This document shows positions 28,701 to 38,410 of a stretch of 64,000 nt of DNA, in pieces. Numbering within the stretch: the stretch's first letter is position 1; every line of letters begins with the position of its first letter. The position numbers and the translations under genes were made by a program. Below the pieces are notes generated by a model. It was given only the letters and a program-made list of their open reading frames with translations. It was not told where the DNA came from and searched no databases. The stretch is taken from contig JAZDOE010000018.1 of NCBI GenBank assembly GCA_043798985.1, positions 8,057 to 72,056 of the forward strand, in the 5' to 3' direction. Source of the DNA: Candidatus Falkowbacteria bacterium. GTDB taxonomy: Bacteria > Patescibacteriota > Patescibacteriia > UBA11705 > JACRDX01.

Positions 28701-30287
28701 ATGGATTATAAGGTTTGCATTTTAGCTGCTGGCGCGGGGACACGAATGGGAGAGTTTTCAAATGTTATAAATAAAGCGGTACTTCCCATCAACTTTAAGG
28801 CCGTAATTTCCCATATTATCGAAAAATTTCCTAAGGAGATTGAGTGCGTTATTGCGGTCGGTCATAAAAAAGAAACCGTACAAGATTATTTGACGATTGC
28901 GCACACGGATAGAAAAATTACTTTTGTAGAGGTTGATAAATACATTGGACCGGGTACAGGACCAGGGTATTCATTGCTTAGCTGTAAAAATCAGCTACAA
29001 TGTCCTTTTATTTTTTTTGCCGCAGACACACTCGTGTTGGAAGAAATTCCAGAGCCAGATAAGAATTGGTTTGGCATTGCGCCGGTAAAAGAGACAGAAA
29101 AATATTGCACGGTAAAAATAAAAAATAATTTGATTTATCAGCTCGATGACAAAGTCAAAAATGACAATAAATTCGCGTTTATAGGGTTGGCGGGCGTAAA
29201 AGATTATCAACAATTTTTTGAAGCATTGGAGAAGAATAAAGAAAGTATAAGTGGAGAAATACAGGTTTCAAATGGATTTAGAAAATTGGTTGATAGTCAG
29301 CTGATTCCCGTGGGATTTACTTGGTTTGATACTGGTTCTATAGAAAATTACGACAAAACAAATAAAAATTTTACTGCGGAGATTAAAAAATTCGACTTTA
29401 GCAAGGGGCAGGGAGATGAATTTTTGTACTTCGTAAATGGCAAAGTGATCAAATTTTTCGCTGATCAAAAAATTGCTGCTAACCGTTATGCGCGCGCGCA
29501 GAGTGCGTTAAAAGGATTGTGCCCCAACATAGAAGCCTATCGTGGGAGTTTTTATTGTTACAAAAAGGTTGATGGGCAAACGCTATATAGCATTTTGAAT
29601 AGACAGACTGTAAAGAATTTTTTGGTTTGGGCGAAGACGCATCTATGGAAAAAGCAATTGCTTTCCGAGATTGAAAATGAAGAGTTTTGGGCCGCCTGTA
29701 AAAAGTTTTATATAGATAAAACAACGAAGAGATTGCAGTCGTTTTATGAAAAAACAGGCATAGAGGATGGATATACATATATAAATGGAGTCTATGTGCC
29801 GCCGCTAAAAAATTTGTTTGATAAAGTCGATTGGGGGCAGATTACAGATGGTACGCCGAGTAATTTTCACGGAGATTTGCAATTTGATAACATTTTGGTA
29901 ACGCGTGATATCGTGAGCAACTTAGAGAAATTTATTTTGCTTGATTGGCGACAAGATTTTGCTGGTTTGACAAAGATCGGAGATCTTTACTACGATTTCG
30001 CAAAATTATACGGGGGAACCATTATTTCATATCAATTAATAAAGGAAGGCCTATTTTCGTTTGACATGAGCGGCGCCAGTGTTTATTACAATTATCACCT
30101 AAAAAACGATTTGATCGAAGCAAAAGATGAGTATGAGGCGTTTATAAATAAAAATGGATTTGATTTGAAAAAAATAAAAACTATAACCGCGATTATATTT
30201 TTGAATATGTCTCCCTTGCACAAAGAGCCGTTTAATTTGATGCTGTATTTCATGGGGAAGAGTATGCTTTATAAAGTAATTAGTTGA
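28701..30287 (+). CDS. Bifunctional sugar/alcohol-phosphate nucleotidyltransferase (N-terminal) and APH/choline-kinase-fold kinase (C-terminal); LicC-LicA-like or MurU-AmgK-like
   Basis: VCILAAGAGTRMGE...NKAVLPI is an NTP-transferase motif. The C-terminal HGDLQFDNILV is the APH/ChoK Brenner motif. Confidence 0.6.
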   Translation: MDYKVCILAAGAGTRMGEFSNVINKAVLPINFKAVISHIIEKFPKEIECVIAVGHKKETVQDYLTIAHTDRKITFVEVDKYIGPGTGPGYSLLSCKNQLQCPFIFFAADTLVLEEIPEPDKNWFGIAPVKETEKYCTVKIKNNLIYQLDDKVKNDNKFAFIGLAGVKDYQQFFEALEKNKESISGEIQVSNGFRKLVDSQLIPVGFTWFDTGSIENYDKTNKNFTAEIKKFDFSKGQGDEFLYFVNGKVIKFFADQKIAANRYARAQSALKGLCPNIEAYRGSFYCYKKVDGQTLYSILNRQTVKNFLVWAKTHLWKKQLLSEIENEEFWAACKKFYIDKTTKRLQSFYEKTGIEDGYTYINGVYVPPLKNLFDKVDWGQITDGTPSNFHGDLQFDNILVTRDIVSNLEKFILLDWRQDFAGLTKIGDLYYDFAKLYGGTIISYQLIKEGLFSFDMSGASVYYNYHLKNDLIEAKDEYEAFINKNGFDLKKIKTITAIIFLNMSPLHKEPFNLMLYFMGKSMLYKVIS

Positions 30288-30293
30288 TAATTT

Positions 30294-31301
30294 ATGCTGC
30301 GGCAACCTTTGACATCTACCATAGGGATCGGTCCTATGAGCTCTGAAATTATTGAGGCTGTTTTTCGTTTTTCGCATTACCACAGAAAACAGTTGATGTT
30401 GATCGCGTCAAAAAATCAAATTGATCATAGCGGTGGCTATGTAAATAATTGGAATACTGCACAATATGCGGCATTTATTGCAGAAATAAAAAAAATATAT
30501 CCAATGAGCGATGTAAAAATTTGCAGAGATCATTGTGGACCTGGATTCAATGGAATCGACGAGATAGCCGATTGTTATAAAACAATAGAAGATGATATAA
30601 AAAATGGCTTTGACCTGATGCACATTGATTTCTGTCATTTTAAAGGTGATAAAGGACAGCAGTTGGAAGAAACTAAAAAGGCAATAGAATATTGTTTAAA
30701 ATTACGACCTGATATCTATTTGGAAATTGGCACCGACGAAAATTATGGCGCAAATTATAACCTTCCAATTTTGGAAGAAATTGCACGAGAACTGGATTAT
30801 TTTAAAAATTTTTGCGTGCCTGAGTTTTATGTTGTGCAAACAGGCACGGTCGTTAAAGAAATCGGACAGGCAGGACACATTAACAAAGAGGCCGTTGAGC
30901 AAATCAGCGCAATCCTTAAAAGTAAGGATGTAAAATTAAAGGAACATAACGCTGATTATCTTTCAAAAGACGAGATCGTTTCCAGAAGAGGGATTGTGGA
31001 TGCCGTGAACATTGCTCCGCAGCTTGGGGTTGTTCAAACAAAGATTGTTTTGTCAAAATGCCTAATTTATGGAATAGATCCGTCAGAATTTTTGGAAGAA
31101 GTTTATAAAAAGGGTAAGTGGAAAAAGTGGATGGATAAAAATACCATGGAAAACAAGTTGCTTTGTTGTGAAATTGCAGGGCATTATCATTTCGCTTCTG
31201 ATTCTTATAAAAAAATTATTTTAAAATTAGCAGAACGAGAAGAGATTAAGGAAAACTTGATAAGTGTTGCGTCAGATATTATATCGCATTATTTAACTTA
31301 G
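30294..31301 (+). CDS. GatZ/KbaZ-family protein (tagatose-bisphosphate aldolase accessory / ketose-phosphate-binding TIM barrel)
   Basis: IGIGPMSSEIIEAVF, LIASKNQIDHSGGYVN, CRDHCGP and MHIDFC parallel the GatZ motifs ICSVCSAHP, EATSNQVNQFGGYTG, GGDHLGP and IHLDCS. Confidence 0.5.
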   Translation: MLRQPLTSTIGIGPMSSEIIEAVFRFSHYHRKQLMLIASKNQIDHSGGYVNNWNTAQYAAFIAEIKKIYPMSDVKICRDHCGPGFNGIDEIADCYKTIEDDIKNGFDLMHIDFCHFKGDKGQQLEETKKAIEYCLKLRPDIYLEIGTDENYGANYNLPILEEIARELDYFKNFCVPEFYVVQTGTVVKEIGQAGHINKEAVEQISAILKSKDVKLKEHNADYLSKDEIVSRRGIVDAVNIAPQLGVVQTKIVLSKCLIYGIDPSEFLEEVYKKGKWKKWMDKNTMENKLLCCEIAGHYHFASDSYKKIILKLAEREEIKENLISVASDIISHYLT

Positions 31302-31321
31302 TATTTAATTAATTTAATTTT

Positions 31322-31699
31322 ATGTATCCTAAAACGGTGATAAAACCATGGGGCAAGGAGATTTGGTTAGAATTAAATGACAGATATTGCTATAAGAGGA
31401 TTTATATTAACGCCGGAACCAGGACGAGTTTTCAGTATCATGAAAAGAAACAAGAAACAAACTACATTATTGAAGGCGAGGCGGAAGTGTGGTTGGAGAA
31501 TGAAACCGGTGAAATCGCAAAAAGGAAAATGGGCGTAAATGACTTTTTTAATGTTATTCCTCCGCGGAAGCACAGAGTTATTGCGATTACTGACTTGATT
31601 CTTCAAGAGGTTTCTACCCCTGAAGTTGATGATGTCATTCGAATTGAAGACGATGCTGCTCGACCAAGCGGAAGAATTGCGGCAGAGCACAAGAATTAG
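31322..31699 (+). CDS. Cupin-domain protein (sugar isomerase/epimerase-like small barrel)
   Basis: KPWGKEIW...FQYHEKKQETNYIIEGEAEVW is a cupin_2 pattern. Confidence 0.5.
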   Translation: MYPKTVIKPWGKEIWLELNDRYCYKRIYINAGTRTSFQYHEKKQETNYIIEGEAEVWLENETGEIAKRKMGVNDFFNVIPPRKHRVIAITDLILQEVSTPEVDDVIRIEDDAARPSGRIAAEHKN

Positions 31700-31719
31700 C
31701 GTTTTGCAAATAAAAAGAT

Positions 31720-32994
31720 ATGCGGTTGTGTTTTTATAATCCGCACGCGATAATCAATGCCACAGGTGAAACCGTCGTATCAAGATTGGCACAATTTTTT
31801 GGTACTAACAAAAAAAAACTGAGAAAGCACGTTCAGAAATATTCATTTTTGTTAAATATTTTAAGAAACAAAAAATACAAAACGGCCATTATCGTCGATG
31901 GCGCAGAAACTTCGTTCGGAGCGGTTTTAAATAGAATCTTGCTCCTTAAAAATAATCAATTCATCTACTGCGCGATCTCTTTTGTAGAAATATACATTTG
32001 GTGTTTGTTAAACAAAATAAATCCATTGAAACAAACGATAATTTTCAATAAAAAAAGATTGCGAATAGACGAAGATATTTTGTTTGGCTTTGCGTTCTGT
32101 TCGGAGTTATTTTTAAACGAACAATTACTGAGTAAAAGTATAATGAAATCCTTTAACGGTCTAAAGATCTTGCATGCTTCTCATTTTTATAAATTTACAA
32201 AACGCGTCGCTGAGAATGTTCATAAAGCGGGAATTAAATACATGGTTGCAGAAACCGATCTGAAAAAGTCGCCGTATTTTAATAAGTTTTTTGGTTTTAT
32301 TGAAAAAGTGTATATTCTGCCACATGTTTTGAGAGAAAAATATATAAAAATTACGGATTTCGCAAATAGAAAAAATATTTGCCTTGCGCTGGGAACGCTT
32401 GTGATTGAAAGTGCGCAGGACAAATCCAACCAAGACTATTTGGAATTTTTCAAAATAGACACATTGCATCCGATGAGAAAAATCATTTTTGAAAATAAAG
32501 ATAATCTTCCGCAAATTGATTGTTGCATTAACCTTCATAATAAAGACAGGATGGTGATTTCGCAAAAATCAAAATGGTACAACAAAAACGGTTTTTTCAA
32601 ATTGTTCTACGATTTATTTTTTTTAGCAGAGGGAAAAGAATATCACAGCATGGACATTGTGAAAAAATATAATGAATATAAAATGTTTATCGCGCCCGAA
32701 GAAAATATCGGTTTAACCTCTATAAACGTATGCGAAGGAATGGCTTGCGGCTGCGCGTATATAGGGCTGGATAGCGATATGTATAAAGATATGGGCATGA
32801 TTGGCACGCAACATTATATTGCGTATGACGGCATGTTTGAAGATTTAAAAAATAAAATAAATTATTATCAAAATCATCCGAGCGAGCTGGAACAAATCGC
32901 GCAAAACGGTTATGTGTTTGCGCACGAAAATTTTGCGGAAGAAAAAGTGGTCGCAGATTTTTGGACTTACTTGGAAAAATTGATACAACGATAA
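31720..32994 (+). CDS. Divergent glycosyltransferase family 1-like protein
   Basis: C-terminus EGMACGCAYIGLDSDMY...ELEQIAQNGYVFAHENF resembles GT1 C-terminal domains. The N-terminus is unassigned. Confidence 0.4.
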   Translation: MRLCFYNPHAIINATGETVVSRLAQFFGTNKKKLRKHVQKYSFLLNILRNKKYKTAIIVDGAETSFGAVLNRILLLKNNQFIYCAISFVEIYIWCLLNKINPLKQTIIFNKKRLRIDEDILFGFAFCSELFLNEQLLSKSIMKSFNGLKILHASHFYKFTKRVAENVHKAGIKYMVAETDLKKSPYFNKFFGFIEKVYILPHVLREKYIKITDFANRKNICLALGTLVIESAQDKSNQDYLEFFKIDTLHPMRKIIFENKDNLPQIDCCINLHNKDRMVISQKSKWYNKNGFFKLFYDLFFLAEGKEYHSMDIVKKYNEYKMFIAPEENIGLTSINVCEGMACGCAYIGLDSDMYKDMGMIGTQHYIAYDGMFEDLKNKINYYQNHPSELEQIAQNGYVFAHENFAEEKVVADFWTYLEKLIQR

Positions 32995-35576
32995 TGAAAA
33001 ATTGTTTTAATTCAGTACGGTCTATTAAGATTGGCATTATTTTTTTAACATGTCTTTTCTTTTTAATTTTGCTGATTCTATACTCTCAAAATTATTTGCT
33101 TTTGGGCGGGGAGGGGAATTATATTACTGATTTTCAGCTCACAAAAGACGCGGGGATTTTTACATGGGTTTCGCACATTCAAGGATTGGGATTTCCAAGC
33201 CCTATCTTAAATGCGCTTCGTGGAATTTTCGACCTATTCGCGCTGCTACAAAAATTAACGCTTTCTTTTAAGGTTGCAAATATTGTAAGTGCTTGGCTGG
33301 TTTATATTCTGCCCTTTCTTTCAATGTTTTGGCTGTTAAGCAAAATATTGAAAAGGAGTTTTCCCCTTGCGTATTTTGTTTCATTATTTTATATCATAAA
33401 TCCTTTCAGTACGTTCCATTTACAAGGATTAATGTTTTGGAATATTGCGCTGCTGTTTGTTCTGCCTTTGATTTTCGGCGTGCTTTATAAATATTATTCT
33501 CATGGCTTAAAACTGTTTTTCTTTTTTGGATTGTTGACCAGTCTCTTATCCTTTTCGCTCGCGAATATTCCTTATTTGGGTATTTTCCAGATTTTTTTAT
33601 TCAGTTCATTGATTATAATTCCCTACATGCAAGAAAAAACGCCGCGCGTCCGCGCTGTTGTTAAAAATATCGTCATAACGGAACTAAGTTTTTTGCTTTT
33701 TAACGCGTGGTGGTTTTTAAATCTGTTGCGTTTTCAGATGCAGGACATTGGTCTTTATTATACAAAAGAATTTGCCGTTAGTTGGGCGCAGGCTTATGCG
33801 GGCGATGGAAGTATAATAGCGAAACTTTTCTCATTAACTTCATTAATTTCAAGCAACGATGATAATTTTTTTGCAAGTTTTTTTTACAGCATTCCGATGA
33901 GGCTGATTCTGCTTGTGCCATTTGGATTACTTACCTTTCAGTTTTTTATAAAGCCAAGCAAAGAATATTCTGTTGATAAAAAAATTGTTTCAATTCTCGC
34001 GCTTTTCGTTGCAGGGATTATGTTTTTTGCCAAAGGCGCGAATCAACCACTCGGCGAGCTGTATATTTGGATGCTGAATCACATTCCGTTTTTTATTATC
34101 TTCAAAAGTCCGATAGAAAAATTTTCTTTGCTTTTTGTCTTTTTTTTGGCGCTCACGATGATTTATGTTTTTAAAAATATAAAAACCAAATGGGCGTATT
34201 GTTTGTTTGCAGTTTACCTGACCGCGTGCAGCATCCCATATCTTAGTTTGAATTTTATGCCTGATTTTAGATTCGAAAAAGGCGCCCAAGGAGAAGAGGA
34301 TAAATATATTTCCAAAAAATATGTTTATAAAGAAAATTATTTTGCGGCGGCAGAATCGCTCAATAAACAAAAATTAGAATGTCGATATTTAAGTTTGCCC
34401 GGCTCAGCGAATTACCAGGTAACTTTATTGAACCATGATGGCAATAAATATTACCGCGGCATGGATCCATTCGTTTATTCGGTTAATAAGCCTTTTATTA
34501 CATCCTACTCAACGCCCGCTTTGAATTTTATATTTTACGGTCTCTCGAACGATTCCATTGAAATTTTTTTAAACGCGTTTAATATAAGAAAGATAATCGT
34601 AAATCAAGATCTCTATCCATCATTTGGCAGGGTGGAGAAGGAGCTTCCCGAAGAATTGATAAGTATTTTTTCTAAAAAATATAAAAAAGAAGATTTTAGC
34701 CCAATAACAGTTTTTAGCGTGAAAGATTTTTTGCCGCTTATTTATGTCCCACGCAATTTGATAGTAGCGGAAAACGCTACTGAGCTATCTGCTATTCTTT
34801 CGGAAGCAGATTATAAAATTGATTCGGCGATTTATTTTAAAAATCAGCTTAGTGATAAGGAGACGCAGCCATCTCTGGCGGCAAAAGGCGTCCTTCCGGC
34901 GGTAGAATTCAAAAGAATCAACTCGATTAAATATCGCGTCGTTTTGCATCAAGCGCACGGTGAGTTGCCTGTAATTTTTAACGAATCGTTTCATGCTGGC
35001 TGGAAATTGTATCCGACAAATTTGCAGTCGGTTGATAGCGTTGGTCTGCAGAACAGGCTTGCAGATTATAATATTTTGGATGGCAACGAAGATGATCAAG
35101 CGACAATCGATGAGGTTAAAAATTATATTCAACAAGGATTTATAACCTCGCTTGGCAACGGCAAAGAAAAGACGGTAAAGCATTGGCGACTAGTCGTTGA
35201 TAAGAAAAAATTGGATTACATAGAAAAATATAAAATTGATTTTGTATCTAAAAATTTTCATGGCACAATTCAAAATAATAATCTTATCGATGGAAATTTT
35301 TATGAGACATGGCGATTCAATTCGCTTGCTAACCATGGCAGCCATGTAAAAGTGAATGGTTTTTTTAATAGTTGGATTATTAACGTGGACGATATTTGCG
35401 CTGGAAAAACGTTATGCCAGTGGAATCCTAACGGAACCTATGACATGGAATTAATTTTAGAATTTTCGCCGCAACGATTATTTTATTATGGGCTGGCGAC
35501 GTCTATCGCAACACTGTTTTTGTCGCTCGCATCTTTGTTCTTTGTGAGTTTAATAAAAAAACACGCGAAACAATAA
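32994..35576 (+). CDS. Large polytopic membrane protein (about 12-14 TM N-terminal domain plus soluble C-terminal domain); candidate GT-C/YfhO-like glycan transferase or polymerase
   Basis: Topology inferred from the hydrophobicity pattern only. The start is chosen at the ATG overlapping the upstream stop (TAATG); the ORF track gives 32961. Confidence 0.3.
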   Translation: MKNCFNSVRSIKIGIIFLTCLFFLILLILYSQNYLLLGGEGNYITDFQLTKDAGIFTWVSHIQGLGFPSPILNALRGIFDLFALLQKLTLSFKVANIVSAWLVYILPFLSMFWLLSKILKRSFPLAYFVSLFYIINPFSTFHLQGLMFWNIALLFVLPLIFGVLYKYYSHGLKLFFFFGLLTSLLSFSLANIPYLGIFQIFLFSSLIIIPYMQEKTPRVRAVVKNIVITELSFLLFNAWWFLNLLRFQMQDIGLYYTKEFAVSWAQAYAGDGSIIAKLFSLTSLISSNDDNFFASFFYSIPMRLILLVPFGLLTFQFFIKPSKEYSVDKKIVSILALFVAGIMFFAKGANQPLGELYIWMLNHIPFFIIFKSPIEKFSLLFVFFLALTMIYVFKNIKTKWAYCLFAVYLTACSIPYLSLNFMPDFRFEKGAQGEEDKYISKKYVYKENYFAAAESLNKQKLECRYLSLPGSANYQVTLLNHDGNKYYRGMDPFVYSVNKPFITSYSTPALNFIFYGLSNDSIEIFLNAFNIRKIIVNQDLYPSFGRVEKELPEELISIFSKKYKKEDFSPITVFSVKDFLPLIYVPRNLIVAENATELSAILSEADYKIDSAIYFKNQLSDKETQPSLAAKGVLPAVEFKRINSIKYRVVLHQAHGELPVIFNESFHAGWKLYPTNLQSVDSVGLQNRLADYNILDGNEDDQATIDEVKNYIQQGFITSLGNGKEKTVKHWRLVVDKKKLDYIEKYKIDFVSKNFHGTIQNNNLIDGNFYETWRFNSLANHGSHVKVNGFFNSWIINVDDICAGKTLCQWNPNGTYDMELILEFSPQRLFYYGLATSIATLFLSLASLFFVSLIKKHAKQ

Positions 35577-35596
35577 ACGAAATTTTCTGAAAAGCT

Positions 35597-36709
35597 ATGA
35601 CTAAAATAAAAATAATTTTAAACTGGCTTAAAAACATAAAAGTCATTTATAATCTTCGAGAATTTTTTGTTTTTTATCTATCAAAATTTTCAGAATTTAA
35701 AAAGCTACCCGCTGATAAAAAATATTTACTCTCTAATTACGGTTTTGTCGGTAGTTATTGCTCGCGGCTTTTTGTTGACCATGCTCCTGTTTTTATGGAA
35801 TCGGAAATAAAAAATATTGCGGAAAAGGTTTTTGACGATGAGGATTCAAGGAAGTTATATTATCTGTTTTTTTTAAGGCAAATGCATTGCGCATATTTTG
35901 TTGATGGTTGGGAAAAATATTATGATGACGAAAGAACGTTTGAAGAAAAATTGAGGAAAATAAAATCTGCTATAGCAAGCAATGTTATTTTTGTGGGGAA
36001 CCTTTTTTTCACTAAAACAAAGAAGAAAAAAAAATTTATTCTAAACTTTACAAACGGTGCAACTTATATTTTGCCAATCAATTGGTTTGAGATAAGTGTT
36101 TTTTGCATGAAGCTCGGATTGCCATACTTAAAAGCCGAATATCTTAGTTATATAAAAAGGGGGAACGTCATAGATGCGGGCGCGTTCGTGGGGGACAGTA
36201 GTATTGTCTTAGCTGAATACACCGACGAAAAAGTATTTGCTATAGAAGCACACGCGGAAAATTTTAAATTATTGGAAAAAACAGTAGCGTTAAATAATCT
36301 ACAAACCAAAATAATTGCTTTAAATGCAGCGCTGGATAGAGAAGTCAGGCGGGTTAATATTATCAGCAGTGGCGCGGGTGCGCGAACGGCTGTCGCTGAC
36401 GGTCAATTTTGCACCGTTTCGACTGTGACTTTGGATAAGTTATTTGAAAACAAAAGTCAAAAAATCAGCCTCATAAAACTTGACGTGGAGGGATTTGAAA
36501 TGAATATACTCTTAGGCGCCGATCAGGTGATTCGGCGAGACAAGCCAGTCCTTTTTGTCTCTATTTATCATAGTGGCGAACAATTTATTAACGTTCCGTT
36601 ACAACTTAAAGAAAAATACTCGGATATTTATAGTTTTAAGTTTATTGATTGTAATCCCGTTCATCCGTTGGCGGAAAAGGTTTTGTTGTGCTTGCCTAAA
36701 GATGTTTGA
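35597..36709 (+). CDS. FkbM-family methyltransferase
   Basis: VIDAGAFVGDSSIVLAEY...VFAIEAHAENFKLLEK...NL matches the Methyltransf_21/FkbM core. Confidence 0.6.
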   Translation: MTKIKIILNWLKNIKVIYNLREFFVFYLSKFSEFKKLPADKKYLLSNYGFVGSYCSRLFVDHAPVFMESEIKNIAEKVFDDEDSRKLYYLFFLRQMHCAYFVDGWEKYYDDERTFEEKLRKIKSAIASNVIFVGNLFFTKTKKKKKFILNFTNGATYILPINWFEISVFCMKLGLPYLKAEYLSYIKRGNVIDAGAFVGDSSIVLAEYTDEKVFAIEAHAENFKLLEKTVALNNLQTKIIALNAALDREVRRVNIISSGAGARTAVADGQFCTVSTVTLDKLFENKSQKISLIKLDVEGFEMNILLGADQVIRRDKPVLFVSIYHSGEQFINVPLQLKEKYSDIYSFKFIDCNPVHPLAEKVLLCLPKDV

Positions 36710-38406
36710 TTCCAAAAGTTGATATGCGATTTCCTAGTAAAAAAAACATGGTTTCACTGCTGCCCTATTTTCTGATTATTTGCGCAATTGCGCTGCCGTG
36801 GTTTTTATCTTCTGCATATTTATTTTTTGTGGATTTATCATGGGGGCCAATTATTAATATTGATTGGCATGGATCTTATTTGTTTCTTACGCTGATATTT
36901 AGATTGTTAACATACTTTTTGTCGAGTGCCCTTGTGGAAAAAATTTTTATTTCAGCGATCTTGCTATTTATTCTTTTAGGCGGAAGAGCGTTAGTTATGT
37001 CGGTTTTGAAATTATGTCAGAACGATGCGTTGGATGGTCATAATGGAGTAGTTTTTGTTTTAAGTTTGTTTTTACTGTTTAATCATTTTGTTTATGATCG
37101 TGCGCTGTATGGGCAATTTGGTATTCTCGCGGCTTATGGTGCATTGCTTTTTTTGTTTGCTTACTCATTGAGAACGTTGAAAGAATTAAATCCACGGTAT
37201 TTGATTTACGCGATAGCGTCAGCTACGATCAGCATAATGTTTGCAATTCATTTCATTTTTTTGGTTGCGATAATTTTTTTGTTATTATTTTGGGGCTTAT
37301 TTGCACAACAAAAGTTAATTAGAGCACGGAAGTTGAATAAGTCTCTTTGGCAAGCGCTGTTCCTTTCCGTGCTAATATTTTTGATTCTTAATGCAAATTG
37401 GTTGGCATTTTTTTTCCTCGGTGAAGGTGCATCACTAATTGCGCAAGATATTGGCCGACAAGACTTAAATATTTTTAAAACCGCGGGTATAACGCAAACA
37501 GAAGCAGTGTCGAACGTCTTTTTTATGGGGGGGTTCTGGGCAAAGGATATGAATCGGTATGTTGACATGGCCGCTTTAAAACAAAACTGGGGTAGAAGTT
37601 TTTTTCTGTTATTGCCATTAATTTGCTGGGGTGTGATAAAAGGATTACGAAACAGCAAACAAGAGCCGAATTTGTTTTATTTCACAATTGGTTTGATAAT
37701 AATTTTTGCTACGACGTTTATTTTAGCATTAGGAATAAGTACGCCATTTAGTAGCAAAATAACATTATTGCTATTTAACAACTTTCCGCTTTATAAAGGA
37801 ATGCGTGAACCGCAAAAATGGGTAGCGCTCATTGTAATCATTTACACAATATTTTTATCTATCGGGGTAAAAGAATTTTTTAAATTAAAAATCATTGCTA
37901 AAGATCATATTTTGTTTAAAATTATTTTGACGCTGGTGATTATTATGCAGGCTCCGTTGCTACTTTGGGGATTTGGCGGGCAGATAAAACCGGTTGATTA
38001 TCCAAAAGATTGGTATAGGGTTGATAAGATTACCGCAGGCAATGCGATATCTCAAAAATGCGATGATAAAATTTTATTCTTACCATGGCATATGTACATG
38101 GGATTTCAGTGGGTTGGCCGTGTCATTGCCAATCCGGCAAAAGTATTTTTCCAATGCCCTGTTATAAGCGGAACAAATATGGAAGCAGGCCCGATTTATG
38201 ACAATAGCGGTGACCCAACGGGACAAAAAGTCGCGGCATGGATTTCTGCTCAGGGTGAAACCAACTTGTTTGTTTCAGAAAAAATAAAATATATTATTTT
38301 AGCCAAAGAAGTAGATTGGCAAGGTTACGCTTGGATAAATTCTTTGACAAATTTGCAATTGATTAAAGATTCTGAAACGCTTAAACTATATAAAGTAGTT
38401 GAATAA
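36706..38406 (+). CDS. Polytopic membrane protein, uncharacterised (candidate GT-C/ligase/polymerase)
   Basis: 566 aa and more than 10 hydrophobic helices. Confidence 0.3.
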   Translation: MIPKVDMRFPSKKNMVSLLPYFLIICAIALPWFLSSAYLFFVDLSWGPIINIDWHGSYLFLTLIFRLLTYFLSSALVEKIFISAILLFILLGGRALVMSVLKLCQNDALDGHNGVVFVLSLFLLFNHFVYDRALYGQFGILAAYGALLFLFAYSLRTLKELNPRYLIYAIASATISIMFAIHFIFLVAIIFLLLFWGLFAQQKLIRARKLNKSLWQALFLSVLIFLILNANWLAFFFLGEGASLIAQDIGRQDLNIFKTAGITQTEAVSNVFFMGGFWAKDMNRYVDMAALKQNWGRSFFLLLPLICWGVIKGLRNSKQEPNLFYFTIGLIIIFATTFILALGISTPFSSKITLLLFNNFPLYKGMREPQKWVALIVIIYTIFLSIGVKEFFKLKIIAKDHILFKIILTLVIIMQAPLLLWGFGGQIKPVDYPKDWYRVDKITAGNAISQKCDDKILFLPWHMYMGFQWVGRVIANPAKVFFQCPVISGTNMEAGPIYDNSGDPTGQKVAAWISAQGETNLFVSEKIKYIILAKEVDWQGYAWINSLTNLQLIKDSETLKLYKVVE

Positions 38407-38410
38407 AATT

